Assembly: GCA_963667845.2 (NCBI GenBank)
Contig: CAXXVL010000002.1
Span: 1,184,001-1,248,000, forward strand
Direction of reading: 5' to 3'
Length of the DNA: 64,000 nt
From: Smithellaceae bacterium
Lineage (GTDB): Bacteria; Desulfobacterota; Syntrophia; Syntrophales; Smithellaceae
The notes under the pieces are model-generated. The model was not told the DNA's origin and searched no databases. It was given only the letters and a program-made list of their open reading frames with translations. The position numbers were made by a program, and so were the translations under genes. Positions 20,711 to 30,460 of this stretch are shown piece after piece. Within the stretch, counting starts at the first letter, position 1; every line of letters starts with the position of its first letter.

Positions 20711-21040
20711 ATGAACTACTATGAGCCGAAAGATCTGGCCGATTTCCCGAACATTACCGAATGGGCCCGGGAGCAGGGAAATAAATTTTTTGAATATTAC
20801 GACGCGGCCACGGGAGCGGGCCTGCTCACCCAGCGGGAGAAATCTCTCATCGCCCTGGCCGTGGCCATGACTCAGAATTGTCCGTACTGCATTGATGCCC
20901 TTACCACCAGGTGCCTCTCGCTGGGAATCGGAAGTGAGGAAATGATGGAAGCCGCCCATGTCGGCGCGGCCGTGATGGCGGGCGTGACACTCGCGCATAC
21001 GACTCAGATGCGCAAGATCATCAAAAAGAAGGAGATGTGA
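20711..21040 (+). CDS. AhpD/CMD-like peroxidase-like protein associated with rSAM/Cys-rich (ArsS) operons
   Basis: YYEPKDL, REKSLIALAVA, CPYC; RBS AAGGAG. Confidence 0.85.
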   Translation: MNYYEPKDLADFPNITEWAREQGNKFFEYYDAATGAGLLTQREKSLIALAVAMTQNCPYCIDALTTRCLSLGIGSEEMMEAAHVGAAVMAGVTLAHTTQMRKIIKKKEM

Positions 21041-22053
21041 TGGACGCCGGCGAACAACTGCGCATCCTCGACCGGATCGGCGACATTCCTTCCCTGGAAG
21101 GGACCATCCGGAAGATCAACAGATTTCCGCTCACAGCCAAAGGGATCGACACCCTGCAGATCAATCTCGGCAGGGTCTGCAATCTTTCGTGCCGGCACTG
21201 CCATGTCAATGCCGGACCCCGGCGCACCGAGATGATGATGAGACCGGTTCTGGCGAAGTGTCTGGCGGTGCTCCGTTCGTCCTCTATCGGCACGATCGAT
21301 ATCACGGGAGGCGCACCGGAGATGAACCCGCATCTCGAATGGTTCATTCAGGAAGCGGCTCTGCTTGCCAGACGTTTGATCGTGCGCTCCAACCTGACGC
21401 TCCTCGTTGAGGAACCGTATCGCCGTCTTATGGACGCCTTCGTCCGGGCCAAAGTTGAAATCGTGACGTCGCTTCCGGACTACCAGGAAGCCAGATCAGA
21501 CCGCCAGCGCGGAGAAGGCGTGTTTCGCCGGGTCATTGAGGCGCTTCGCGAACTCAATTCGCTGGGCTACGGCCGGGAAGGCAGCGGCCTGTATGTCAAC
21601 ATTGTTCATAACCCGGTGGGTGCTTATCTGCCGGGTTCGCAGTCGGCTCTCGAACACGAATACCGCGAAAGACTTCGTCATGAGCACGGGGTGTATTTTA
21701 ATGAGCTTTATTGTCTCACCAATCTTCCGGTTGGCCGCTATCTCGATTATCTGATCGACTCCGGAAATTTAGAGGACTATTTCTCTGCGCTCTGGCACTC
21801 CTTCAATCCGGCTGCCGTCGATCACGTGATGTGTTTAACGACGCTTTCCGTGGGGTGGGACGGCTCGCTGTATGATTGCGATTTTAACCAGATGCTGGAG
21901 CTTACCGTAAACCATGGAGCGCCGAAAAGCATCATGGACTTCGACATCGGCAAACTCAAAAACCGGGAAATTGTCATCAATAACCATTGCTACGGATGCG
22001 TCGCGGGAGCCGGATCATCCTGCCGGGGAGCGACAACAGGCGGCCCCGCATGA
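21040..22053 (+). CDS. Radical SAM/Cys-rich protein (ArsS family, Cys form)
   Basis: CNLSCRHC, ITGGAPE, YDCDFNQML, HCYGCVAGAGSSC; TGATG coupling. Confidence 0.88.
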   Translation: MDAGEQLRILDRIGDIPSLEGTIRKINRFPLTAKGIDTLQINLGRVCNLSCRHCHVNAGPRRTEMMMRPVLAKCLAVLRSSSIGTIDITGGAPEMNPHLEWFIQEAALLARRLIVRSNLTLLVEEPYRRLMDAFVRAKVEIVTSLPDYQEARSDRQRGEGVFRRVIEALRELNSLGYGREGSGLYVNIVHNPVGAYLPGSQSALEHEYRERLRHEHGVYFNELYCLTNLPVGRYLDYLIDSGNLEDYFSALWHSFNPAAVDHVMCLTTLSVGWDGSLYDCDFNQMLELTVNHGAPKSIMDFDIGKLKNREIVINNHCYGCVAGAGSSCRGATTGGPA

Positions 22054-23489
22054 GCATATCGGTTATCATTCCGGTCTTTCGCGAGACTGCGCGATTAAAC
22101 GATCTTTTGAAGACGATTGCGGCCGGCGCTTACGGTGTGCCGCATGAAGTCATCGTTGTCGACGGGGACCCTTTGGGAGGCACGATCAAGGATATTACGG
22201 ATTCCCGTGTGATCACCCTGATCGCGCGGAAGGGCAGAGCCGGCCAGATGAACGCGGGTGCTCTCCGGGCGTCCGGTGATATCCTGCTTTTTCTGCATGC
22301 CGATACGCGACTGCCGCGCGGCGCGTTCGGGAAAATGATGAAGGTGTTTGACGACGAGGAGGTGGTCGGCGGCGCCTTTAACCTGGGCATTGACGATGAA
22401 CGCCGGATATTCAAAATCATTGGCCGGGCGGCCTCATGGAAGCATCGCCTGACGCGTGTGCCCTACGGCGATCAGGCGATCTTTATGCGGCGAAGCTATT
22501 TTGTGGCTCTGGGCGGCTATCCGGAGATTCCCATTATGGAAGATGTGGAGCTGATGAAGCGCGTAAAGCGCAAAGGCGGGCGCATCGCCATCCTGCCCGA
22601 TGTCGTGGCGACCTCGCCGCGCAAATGGGAAACCGACGGAATCGCTTACACGATCATCAGAAACTGGTTCATCCAGACCCTCTATCTTCTGGGTGTTCCG
22701 GCATGTCGGCTTGTGAAATATTATTATCCGGATGAGGTTGGCTCCGAGATGGCCGGCAGGAACCGGCAGCGCACGGTGAAACGGCTGTGCATCGGTTTCG
22801 CCGCGGTCATGCTGCTCGGCGCTGTTCCTGGTGCGGCCGAGACGGGCCGGCAGGGCTTTCGCGAAGAATTCAAAACGCTGGCCGACTGGAAACCGCTCAC
22901 GTTTCCCAAAATACCCCGCCACAGTACTTACAGCATCCGGATGGAGGGAGATAAAAGCATTCTCGTCGCCCGGGCGGATCGCTCGGCGTCCGGCATTATC
23001 TGCAAGCGGAGTCTGGATATCTATAAAACGCCGATCATTAAATGGAAATGGAAAATCTCCAATACCTACCGGGCGGGCGATGAAAAAAAGAAGTCCGGCG
23101 ACGATTACCCGCTCAGGATCTATGTGGTGTTCAAATATGACCCCGACGGGGCGACTGCGTTTGAGCGGGTCCGGTATACGGCCCTGAAACTCATTTACGG
23201 TGAATACCCTCCGCATAGCAGCCTGTGTTACATCTGGGCGAACAAGAAGTACCCCGAACATATTCTGCCCAATCCCTATACATCAAAGACGCAGATGATC
23301 CTTCTGGAGAAGGGTTCCGACCGTGCCGGCCTCTGGATTGAGGAGCGCGTCAACGCCCTCGCGGATTACCGCAAGGCCTTCGGGGCCGACCCGCCCCGGG
23401 AGGCGGCAGTGGCCATTATGAGCGATGCGGACAACACCGGGGAGAAGGCCACGGGTTATCTGGAATATATCGAGGTATCTTCAATTTGA
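22050..23489 (+). CDS. GT2 rSAM/selenodomain-associated transferase fused in frame to a DUF3047 domain
   Basis: N-half ISVIIP, VVDG, GRAGQMNAG, FLHADT, YGDQAIF, MEDVEL; hydrophobic linker; C-half WKWKI, GDDYPLRIYVVF, IMSDADNT. Confidence 0.8.
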   Translation: MSISVIIPVFRETARLNDLLKTIAAGAYGVPHEVIVVDGDPLGGTIKDITDSRVITLIARKGRAGQMNAGALRASGDILLFLHADTRLPRGAFGKMMKVFDDEEVVGGAFNLGIDDERRIFKIIGRAASWKHRLTRVPYGDQAIFMRRSYFVALGGYPEIPIMEDVELMKRVKRKGGRIAILPDVVATSPRKWETDGIAYTIIRNWFIQTLYLLGVPACRLVKYYYPDEVGSEMAGRNRQRTVKRLCIGFAAVMLLGAVPGAAETGRQGFREEFKTLADWKPLTFPKIPRHSTYSIRMEGDKSILVARADRSASGIICKRSLDIYKTPIIKWKWKISNTYRAGDEKKKSGDDYPLRIYVVFKYDPDGATAFERVRYTALKLIYGEYPPHSSLCYIWANKKYPEHILPNPYTSKTQMILLEKGSDRAGLWIEERVNALADYRKAFGADPPREAAVAIMSDADNTGEKATGYLEYIEVSSI

Positions 23490-24142
23490 ATCGCGACGCT
23501 TTCGTATTATTTCTGCGATATCCCGAAAAGGGCGCAGTCAAGACGCGTCTGACCGCGGTGTTGGGCGAAGATCGGACTTATGAACTCTATCGCTGTTTTC
23601 TTTCCGACCTGGCCCTGATGGTTCAGGAGGTTGACGCCGAAATGATCATCGCCTATTCGGGACCGGCCGGCGCATCGTTTCCCGAGTTTCCGGGCATCCG
23701 GTGTCTGCGGCAGCGGGGGAGCGATATCGGCGAGAGAATGTATTTTGCTTTTGAAGATGTTTTTGCCGAGGGCTTTGACCGTTTAGTGCTTGCCGGAAGC
23801 GACATCCCCGATCTGCCGTCGGCATTCGTGAATGAAGCCCTGAACCGCCTGGCGGCGGCGGATATTGTTCTGGGACCCAGCACGGACGGCGGTTACTACC
23901 TGATCGGGTGCAACCGGCGCGGCCTCAACCGGACAATCTTTTCCGGCATTCCCTGGAGCACGCCGCGCGTGTTTTCGGAAACGCTCAAAAGGGTGGCCCA
24001 AGCAAAACTTACGGCCGCCCTGCTTCCCGAATGGCGTGATATTGATGATCTCGATGATCTTCAGCAATTTTATGAAAGAAACGCCGACCGGGCGGCATCG
24101 TCGCGGGTGATGGCCTTCCTGAAAGCAAAGGTGTGGGAATGA
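23486..24142 (+). CDS. DUF2064 / rSAM-selenodomain-associated transferase (CofC-like fold)
   Basis: GAVKTRL, GSDIP, LGPSTDGGYYLIG, WRDIDDLDDL. Confidence 0.85.
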   Translation: MNRDAFVLFLRYPEKGAVKTRLTAVLGEDRTYELYRCFLSDLALMVQEVDAEMIIAYSGPAGASFPEFPGIRCLRQRGSDIGERMYFAFEDVFAEGFDRLVLAGSDIPDLPSAFVNEALNRLAAADIVLGPSTDGGYYLIGCNRRGLNRTIFSGIPWSTPRVFSETLKRVAQAKLTAALLPEWRDIDDLDDLQQFYERNADRAASSRVMAFLKAKVWE

Positions 24143-24849
24143 GCGCGAACCATAAACGGATCGTAGTCGCTGTAGCTGTTATTGTATTGATTACTGCTGC
24201 TCGCGTGTTCGGCCTGGACGCGTTTCTGACCGTGGAGGCTTTCCGCCTTTATCGCGGCGAGCTCCTGGCCGTCACGGCGGAGCACTATGTGCCGGTCGCG
24301 GCGCTCTTCACCGTTGTCTACATTGTCGTTACGGCGCTGTCCATTCCGGGCGCGGCGATTCTCTCGCTTGCCGCGGGTTTTCTTTTTGGTTTCGCAGGAA
24401 TCATCTATGTCAACATCGGGGCCTCGGGCGGGGCGATTCTTGCCTTTTTGATCGCGCGTTATCTTGTCGGCGATTGGCTGCAAAAACGCTACGGCGGCAG
24501 GCTTGAATCTTTTAATAAGGAAATTATCGAAAACGGATACAATTATCTCCTGACGCTCCGTTTCATTCCGCTCTTTCCGTTTTTTCTCGTCAATATTCTG
24601 GCCGGGCTGACCCGCGTGCCGCTTGTAACTTTTGCCTGGACGACCATCGTGGGCATTCTCCCCGGTTCATTTATCTATATCTATACCGGACGTCAACTGG
24701 GCATCATTGAAAAGCCCGGCGACATTTTTTCCTGGCCGATGATCCTGGCATTCGTCCTGCTCGGGCTGCTGGTTTTGAGTCCTGTGCTGATCAGGAAGGT
24801 AATGAAAAAAAAGATCCCGGAGCCTACGGAAGTCCGGGTGAAGGATTAA
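24139..24849 (+). CDS. TVP38/TMEM64 (VTT/DedA superfamily) membrane protein
   Basis: ALSIPGA, LRFIPLFPFFLVN; ATGA overlap. Confidence 0.88.
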   Translation: MSANHKRIVVAVAVIVLITAARVFGLDAFLTVEAFRLYRGELLAVTAEHYVPVAALFTVVYIVVTALSIPGAAILSLAAGFLFGFAGIIYVNIGASGGAILAFLIARYLVGDWLQKRYGGRLESFNKEIIENGYNYLLTLRFIPLFPFFLVNILAGLTRVPLVTFAWTTIVGILPGSFIYIYTGRQLGIIEKPGDIFSWPMILAFVLLGLLVLSPVLIRKVMKKKIPEPTEVRVKD

Positions 24850-24860
24850 AGGAGGTCGTC

Positions 24861-25301
24861 ATGATAAGCGTGCGGTTATTCCTGCCTGTGTTTTTTCTTC
24901 TGGGTGGTTTGTGCTTCGCCCAAAACACTTCTTCCGGATCTGCCGGAAGCGGTCTTAAACCTTGCCCGAAAAGTCCCAATTGCGTCTCTTCCGAGGCCCG
25001 CGATCCGGAACACGCCATTTTGCCGCTCGTCTATCCGGGGAGCCCCGAAGAAGCCAGGGCTCGACTGCGCCGGGTATTGGCCGCAATGCCGCGGATGACC
25101 ATTGTCGCGGATGAGGGCGATTATATCCACGCCGAAGCCAGATCGTTGATTTTCCGCTTCGTTGACGATGTCGATTTTTACTTTCCGGCCGGTGAGAATG
25201 TGATTCAGGTGCGTTCGGCCTCGCGCGTCGGCTATTCTGATCTGGGCGTCAACCGGAAACGTGTGGAAGAGATCCGCCGGCGATTTGGGGAGCTGAAATA
25301 G
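24861..25301 (+). CDS. DUF1499 family exported protein
   Basis: LKPCPKSPNCVSS, FVDDV, RSASRVGYSDLGVNRKR. Confidence 0.9.
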   Translation: MISVRLFLPVFFLLGGLCFAQNTSSGSAGSGLKPCPKSPNCVSSEARDPEHAILPLVYPGSPEEARARLRRVLAAMPRMTIVADEGDYIHAEARSLIFRFVDDVDFYFPAGENVIQVRSASRVGYSDLGVNRKRVEEIRRRFGELK

Positions 25302-25410
25302 TGCTGGGCTGAGGTGTGCCGTTTGGCAAAAAAACGGAACTCAGGGAGACTTGATTATTTTGACGCGTGAACGGTCGGAAGCTTTGCCGGAAGGACAAAG
25401 TCAGGCGCCT

Positions 25411-27585
25411 TCAACAGGCATGCCATGGTGATGCTCTTTTGGGCAGCGCGATAAAAAAACACGCGCCTTCATCTTCCGCGCCTTCGGCCCATATCCGCCC
25501 GCCATGCTTATGAATAATGCGCTGCGCCAGAGCCAGGCCGATGCCGGAGCCATCGTAATCGGCTGAACTGTGCAAACGTTGAAAGACGCCGAACATCTTG
25601 TCGTGATATTCCATGTCGAAACCGACGCCGTTGTCTTTGACAAAGTAGGTGCATTCGCGCTCATTTTCGTTTCCGCCGATTTCTATCCGTGCGACCGGCC
25701 GGGTCTTTGTGAATTTGAGCGCATTGGAGAGCAGATTTACAAAAACCTGCTTCATCAGCGCCTTATCTCCCGACGAGGGCGGCAGATCATGAATTTGTAA
25801 AGATACATTTCGTTCCGGGTAGGCTTGCTGAAGTTCCTGCCAGGCGTTTTCGGCAATTTCGTACAGGTTGACGGGCCTGATGTCCGGAGCCTTCTGGCCG
25901 AGCCGGGAGAAATTCAGAAGGTCGTCAATCAACTGGCCCATCATTTTGACGCTGTCTCTGACCCTATCAAAAAGCCGGCCGGCTTTTTCATCCAATGCCG
26001 CTCCATGATCCCTCTGGATGATTTTCGCAAATCCATCGATGGCCCGAAGCGGTGCTCTCAGATCATGAGACACCGAATACGTGAAACTCTCCATCTCCCG
26101 GTTGGCAGCCGCCAGTTGTGACGTGCGCAGCTCGACAAGTTCCTCCAGATGGTGACGGTAGGTTTCCACCTCGGCCTGAGTCCGCTTATGTTCCGTGACG
26201 TCAAGCCCCATTTCCAGGATCAGCGTTGATCCGTCGGTGTCGTTAAAGGGAAAATCATAAATGTAGTAATTGCGGCCGTCCGGTCCGGTCCACTCCCACT
26301 CCAGAGGGTTCATGGTCTGCAGGGTCTTATAGGTCTCACACACCTCGCAGGGCTCCGTTCGGTCGAACAGAAATTCGTAACAGCGCCGCCCCTGCGCATC
26401 GCCGAAGCTCTCCCGGAAGAACCGGTTTTCAAACGGGACGTGATAGTCCGGCGAAAGCAGGATAACATATGCGGGCAGGATATCGAGAACGTCGATAAAC
26501 CGGCGTTTTTCATCCTCCAGGTGGGCCACGGTTTCAATCAGCTTGGCCGTTCTCTCATGAACGGCGGTTTCGAGCTTAGCATGGGCCGCGCGCAATTCCG
26601 ATGCCTGACGGATGCGGTTCATGGCGATGGCGACCTGATCGGCAACAGCCTTCATCATTGCCAGGTCACTGGCGCTGAAGGTCGTCCGGGAGCAAGTGCC
26701 GAAGGAGAGGGTCCCGATCACCCGGCTTCCTTCCAGGAGAGGATGGCAGGCATACGCTTTAGCACCGAAGGACTTCACCAGTTCCGTCCGGATATCCGGC
26801 GTCCCGGGGATATTTTCAGCGACGATTCTGCCGCCGTCCCGCGCGACACATCCGCAGACGGCAACACCGAAATCCAGCCATTCTATTTCGGCTGCAGCTT
26901 CTTTGGGAATGCCGGCGCAGGCATTAAGATGCAGTCTTCCGTTTACGTCATCTACGAGGAAGTTGAAGAACATCTGGCAATCGAGAAACGTCATGACCCG
27001 GCGGCAAAGTTCTTCCATCAGTTGCTGGGGATTATCCGTTTCGAGCAGGCGGCCGGCCGTATACGACAGAATCTCCAGCCGTTCTTTTTGCCTCTGGAGC
27101 TCGGCGGTTCTCTCGGCAACCTGCCGCTCCAGATTCCGGTGCGCGTCGCGCAGGTCCTCCTCGGCTTTTTTCCGGGCCCTGTGTTCTTCGGCTTCCGCCA
27201 GGGCTCTTTTGACTGCGGGCACCAGGCGCAGCTCCAGGCGGCTTTTCAAAACATAGTCTTTGGCCCCCTGGGTGAGGATTTCAATCGCCCGGTCTTCTCC
27301 GACCGCTCCGGTCACGAGAATGAAAGGAACGTCCGGGCATTGCTGCTTTGCCTGAGCCAGCGCCAGCGAGCCGGAATAACGGGGAAGATCATAATCGGAA
27401 AGGATAATATCGGGACAATCCTCTCCGATGGCGGCCACAAATTCTTTTTCCGTTTTGACAACCTTTGCCGAAAAAGACAGACCGGCATTTTCCAGCTCAA
27501 ATAAAACAAGTTCGGCATCGGCCGGAGAGTCTTCAAGAATGAGAATGTTGAGTGGTTTATCCATACGATCCCATGATCTGCTCAT
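25411..27585 (-). CDS. Hybrid sensor histidine kinase (REC-GAF-PAS-HisKA-HATPase)
   Basis: ILILED..SDY receiver domain, GAF, SVSHDLRAPL, NLLSNALKF, DNGVGF, GIGLA. Confidence 0.9.
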   Translation of the reverse strand: MSRSWDRMDKPLNILILEDSPADAELVLFELENAGLSFSAKVVKTEKEFVAAIGEDCPDIILSDYDLPRYSGSLALAQAKQQCPDVPFILVTGAVGEDRAIEILTQGAKDYVLKSRLELRLVPAVKRALAEAEEHRARKKAEEDLRDAHRNLERQVAERTAELQRQKERLEILSYTAGRLLETDNPQQLMEELCRRVMTFLDCQMFFNFLVDDVNGRLHLNACAGIPKEAAAEIEWLDFGVAVCGCVARDGGRIVAENIPGTPDIRTELVKSFGAKAYACHPLLEGSRVIGTLSFGTCSRTTFSASDLAMMKAVADQVAIAMNRIRQASELRAAHAKLETAVHERTAKLIETVAHLEDEKRRFIDVLDILPAYVILLSPDYHVPFENRFFRESFGDAQGRRCYEFLFDRTEPCEVCETYKTLQTMNPLEWEWTGPDGRNYYIYDFPFNDTDGSTLILEMGLDVTEHKRTQAEVETYRHHLEELVELRTSQLAAANREMESFTYSVSHDLRAPLRAIDGFAKIIQRDHGAALDEKAGRLFDRVRDSVKMMGQLIDDLLNFSRLGQKAPDIRPVNLYEIAENAWQELQQAYPERNVSLQIHDLPPSSGDKALMKQVFVNLLSNALKFTKTRPVARIEIGGNENERECTYFVKDNGVGFDMEYHDKMFGVFQRLHSSADYDGSGIGLALAQRIIHKHGGRIWAEGAEDEGACFFIALPKRASPWHAC

Positions 27586-27765
27586 TCACTTATCTGCACG
27601 CTAGGTGCATTTGCACTTCATATTTATAGATAATTCAGCAATTTTGCAAAGGCAATTTTATTGCCAGAATTTATTTGAATCGACGGATACCTGCAAATTT
27701 GATAGAGGAAACACGGCTGTTGATTTAGTCAACGCGACAAAGTTAAGGGATTGTAAGGAAGATGC

Positions 27766-29670
27766 ATGGCATTGCTTTGGATCAATAATATTTCTATGAG
27801 TTTCGGCGGACCGCGGCTCCTGGATGGCGCTTCGCTGCAGATCGAAGCCGGCGAGCGCATCGGACTTCTGGGGCGAAACGGCTCGGGCAAATCCACCCTG
27901 ATGAAACTGCTGCATGGGGACATTGTGCCGGACAGGGGCGAGGTGATCCGCGATAAGAATGTGCGCGTTTCCCTCATGCCGCAGGATATTGAAAACCGGC
28001 CGGGAACCGTCTACGACGTTATTGCCGCAGGCGGTCAGGAGAACCTGGATATGCTCCATGCCTATCACGACCTTGCGATACAGATGTCGACGCACACCGA
28101 TCAGGCGTTGCTTGCGAAGATGGAAAGAATCCAGCACCAATTAGAAACAGCGGGTGCCTGGCAGTTTCATCAGAAGATTGAATCGGTTATTTCCCGTGTG
28201 GAGCTTGACGAAAATACCGAATTCAGTGTTCTGTCAGCAGGACTGAAACGGCGGGTGCTGCTGGCCCGCGCGCTGGTTACCGATCCGGATATTCTGCTTC
28301 TGGATGAACCCACCAACCACCTGGATATCCCGTCCATTCTCTGGCTGGAAGAATTCCTGCTCCATTATGAAAAAACGATTATGTTTGTGACGCACGATCG
28401 GGCCTTTCTGCAAAAAATAGCCACGCGGATCGTCGAGATCGATCGCGGCAGACTGTCTTCTTTTGCCTGCGATTATGCGACTTACCTCGAGAGGCGGCAG
28501 GCCATGCAGGAGGCGGAAGAAAAGGAGTGGCAGACCTTTGACAAAAAACTGGCCCAGGAGGAAATCTGGGTCCGGCAGGGTATTAAGGCGCGCCGAACGC
28601 GCAACGAGGGCCGCGTGCGTGCGCTGGTGGCGATGCGTGAAGAGCGGGCCGAGAGGCGCGAGCGGGAAGGGAATGTCCGGCTGGCTGTCTCCGAGGCCGG
28701 TCAAAGCGGGAGGCTGGTTGTTGAGGCTGAAAATATCCATTTTGCCTACGGCGACAAAACGATCATCGATTCCTTTTCCACACGGATTTTGCGCGGAGAC
28801 CGGGTGGGAATTATCGGGCCCAACGGGTCCGGTAAAACGACGCTGATCAAAGTCTTACTGGGCGAGTTGCCTGTTCTGGACGGAAAAATCAGGCTGGGTA
28901 CGAATATCGCGATTGCCTATTTTGATCAGCTCCGCGCGCAGTTGAGCGAGGAAAAATCGGTAAAGGACAACATTGCCGGAGGCAATGATACGGTCTTTAT
29001 CAGCGGTGTACCCCGCCATGTGGTCGGCTATCTGCAGGATTTTTTATTTCCGCCTGCTCAGATCCTGGCGCCGGTCGCGTCCCTTTCCGGCGGCGAACGA
29101 AACCGGCTCCTGCTGGCCAAGCTTTTTTGCGTGCCTTCCAATGTCCTGGTGCTGGATGAACCGACAAACGACCTCGACGCGGAAACGCTCGAGCTTCTCG
29201 AAGACCGGCTTCTCGGATACAAAGGCACGATTCTGCTGGTCAGTCATGACCGGACGTTTCTGAACAATGTTGTCACTTCCACCATTGTCCTCGAAGGAGA
29301 AGGGCGCCTGCAGGAGTATGTGGGCGGCTATGACGATTGGCTGAGACAACGGGGGGAAGCAAAGGATATGTCCGGAAAAACCCCCAAAGAGTCAAAAGCC
29401 AAAAAGGAAAAAACACCCAGAGAAAAACGAAAACTGTCCTTCAAGGAAACGCAGGAACTCGCAGGGCTGCCGAAAAAAATTGAACTAATGGAAAAAGAAA
29501 AAGCGGAGGTGATGGATTTGCTGAACTCTCCGGATCTATATAAAAGCAACAATCCAGCCCGGGTGCTGGACCTGAACAATCGGCTGACGCATTTGGAGGC
29601 GGATTTGGAGGCGGCCTACGACCGCTGGGATGAATTGGAAGAGCTGACGGCAAAGTTTGCGGGAATGTAA
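27766..29670 (+). CDS. uup: ABC-F family ATPase Uup
   Basis: Two NBDs (GRNGSGKS, GPNGSGKT), GIKARRTRNEGR linker, C-terminal KLSFKE coiled coil. Confidence 0.9.
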   Translation: MALLWINNISMSFGGPRLLDGASLQIEAGERIGLLGRNGSGKSTLMKLLHGDIVPDRGEVIRDKNVRVSLMPQDIENRPGTVYDVIAAGGQENLDMLHAYHDLAIQMSTHTDQALLAKMERIQHQLETAGAWQFHQKIESVISRVELDENTEFSVLSAGLKRRVLLARALVTDPDILLLDEPTNHLDIPSILWLEEFLLHYEKTIMFVTHDRAFLQKIATRIVEIDRGRLSSFACDYATYLERRQAMQEAEEKEWQTFDKKLAQEEIWVRQGIKARRTRNEGRVRALVAMREERAERREREGNVRLAVSEAGQSGRLVVEAENIHFAYGDKTIIDSFSTRILRGDRVGIIGPNGSGKTTLIKVLLGELPVLDGKIRLGTNIAIAYFDQLRAQLSEEKSVKDNIAGGNDTVFISGVPRHVVGYLQDFLFPPAQILAPVASLSGGERNRLLLAKLFCVPSNVLVLDEPTNDLDAETLELLEDRLLGYKGTILLVSHDRTFLNNVVTSTIVLEGEGRLQEYVGGYDDWLRQRGEAKDMSGKTPKESKAKKEKTPREKRKLSFKETQELAGLPKKIELMEKEKAEVMDLLNSPDLYKSNNPARVLDLNNRLTHLEADLEAAYDRWDELEELTAKFAGM

Positions 29671-29705
29671 AGAATTACAAAAATCGCAAAAAAGAGGAAC
29701 ACTCT

Positions 29706-30218
29706 ATGGACCTGTCCGAAATGTGCTTTCCCCGGCAGATGGAAGCGGACGGCAGCGTGGGAAAAATCTGTGAAGCACTGGCGGTAGGAAAAGCCCGGCT
29801 CCGGCCGGAGGGCAATCTGGAAGTCCCCGTGCTGACCCTGAGCGAATCATTGACGAGTGCGCTCAAGAAAGCGCGAATGCAGCGGCGCGTCCGCTTCGGC
29901 TTTGATGAAATTGTCGAAAAGCTTGCCGCTGAGAAAAAAGGCATTGATGAATTGCTCCAAAAGACGAAATCACTGCCAAACGAGCGCATCTCCCGCCTGC
30001 TTCTGTTTTCCAATGACGGAGCCGAGCGGCTTTACCGCCATATCGAACAAATCCTCCATGAGCATCAACTCCGGATTCTGGGCTGCCTCGTGGATGTCGA
30101 CAGCAGGAAACTGGGAGAGGCGATTACGGGTAGAAATGCAAGTATTAAAGTTATTCTGGTCGAGCACAAGGACGCTGTAGCTGATGTCCTACGCTCACTC
30201 ATTGAAAATAAGGAATAG
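29706..30218 (+). CDS. Hypothetical protein, probable L7Ae/L30e-like fold
   Basis: RBS GAGG; VRFGFDEIVEKL, LLLFSND, SRKLGEAITG, IKVILVE pattern. Confidence 0.65.
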   Translation: MDLSEMCFPRQMEADGSVGKICEALAVGKARLRPEGNLEVPVLTLSESLTSALKKARMQRRVRFGFDEIVEKLAAEKKGIDELLQKTKSLPNERISRLLLFSNDGAERLYRHIEQILHEHQLRILGCLVDVDSRKLGEAITGRNASIKVILVEHKDAVADVLRSLIENKE

Positions 30219-30400
30219 TTCAAAATCATCTTCTATTCCCGCTGCTGCCGGCAAGTGGATAATATCTATCCATCTGGATACCCGGATTGAATAGTTTTGA
30301 TTCATGTCCATGGCAGTTTTCTAAGCCAATTCTGTGTCGAACAAACCCATCATCTTAAAAAATCTAATGGTATTTATCACATACGGCGAGCGTAGGCCTG

Positions 30401-30415
30401 TGGCACGCTATATGC
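30401..30415 (+). promoter_or_regulatory. Sigma54 (-24/-12) promoter
   Basis: TGGCACGCTATATGC has GG-N10-GC spacing, ~45 nt before the GTG at 30461. Confidence 0.65.
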
Positions 30416-30460
30416 CAGATAATGGTCGTGAGTGATGCACAAGTGAAAGGAGAAAATAAA

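Noticed and set aside
21980..22053. Selenocysteine recoding at the rSAM C-terminus or elsewhere in the yedF cluster
   Set aside because: The GSSC codon is TGC; the terminal TGA is an ATGA overlap; no in-frame TGA seen at Cys positions.
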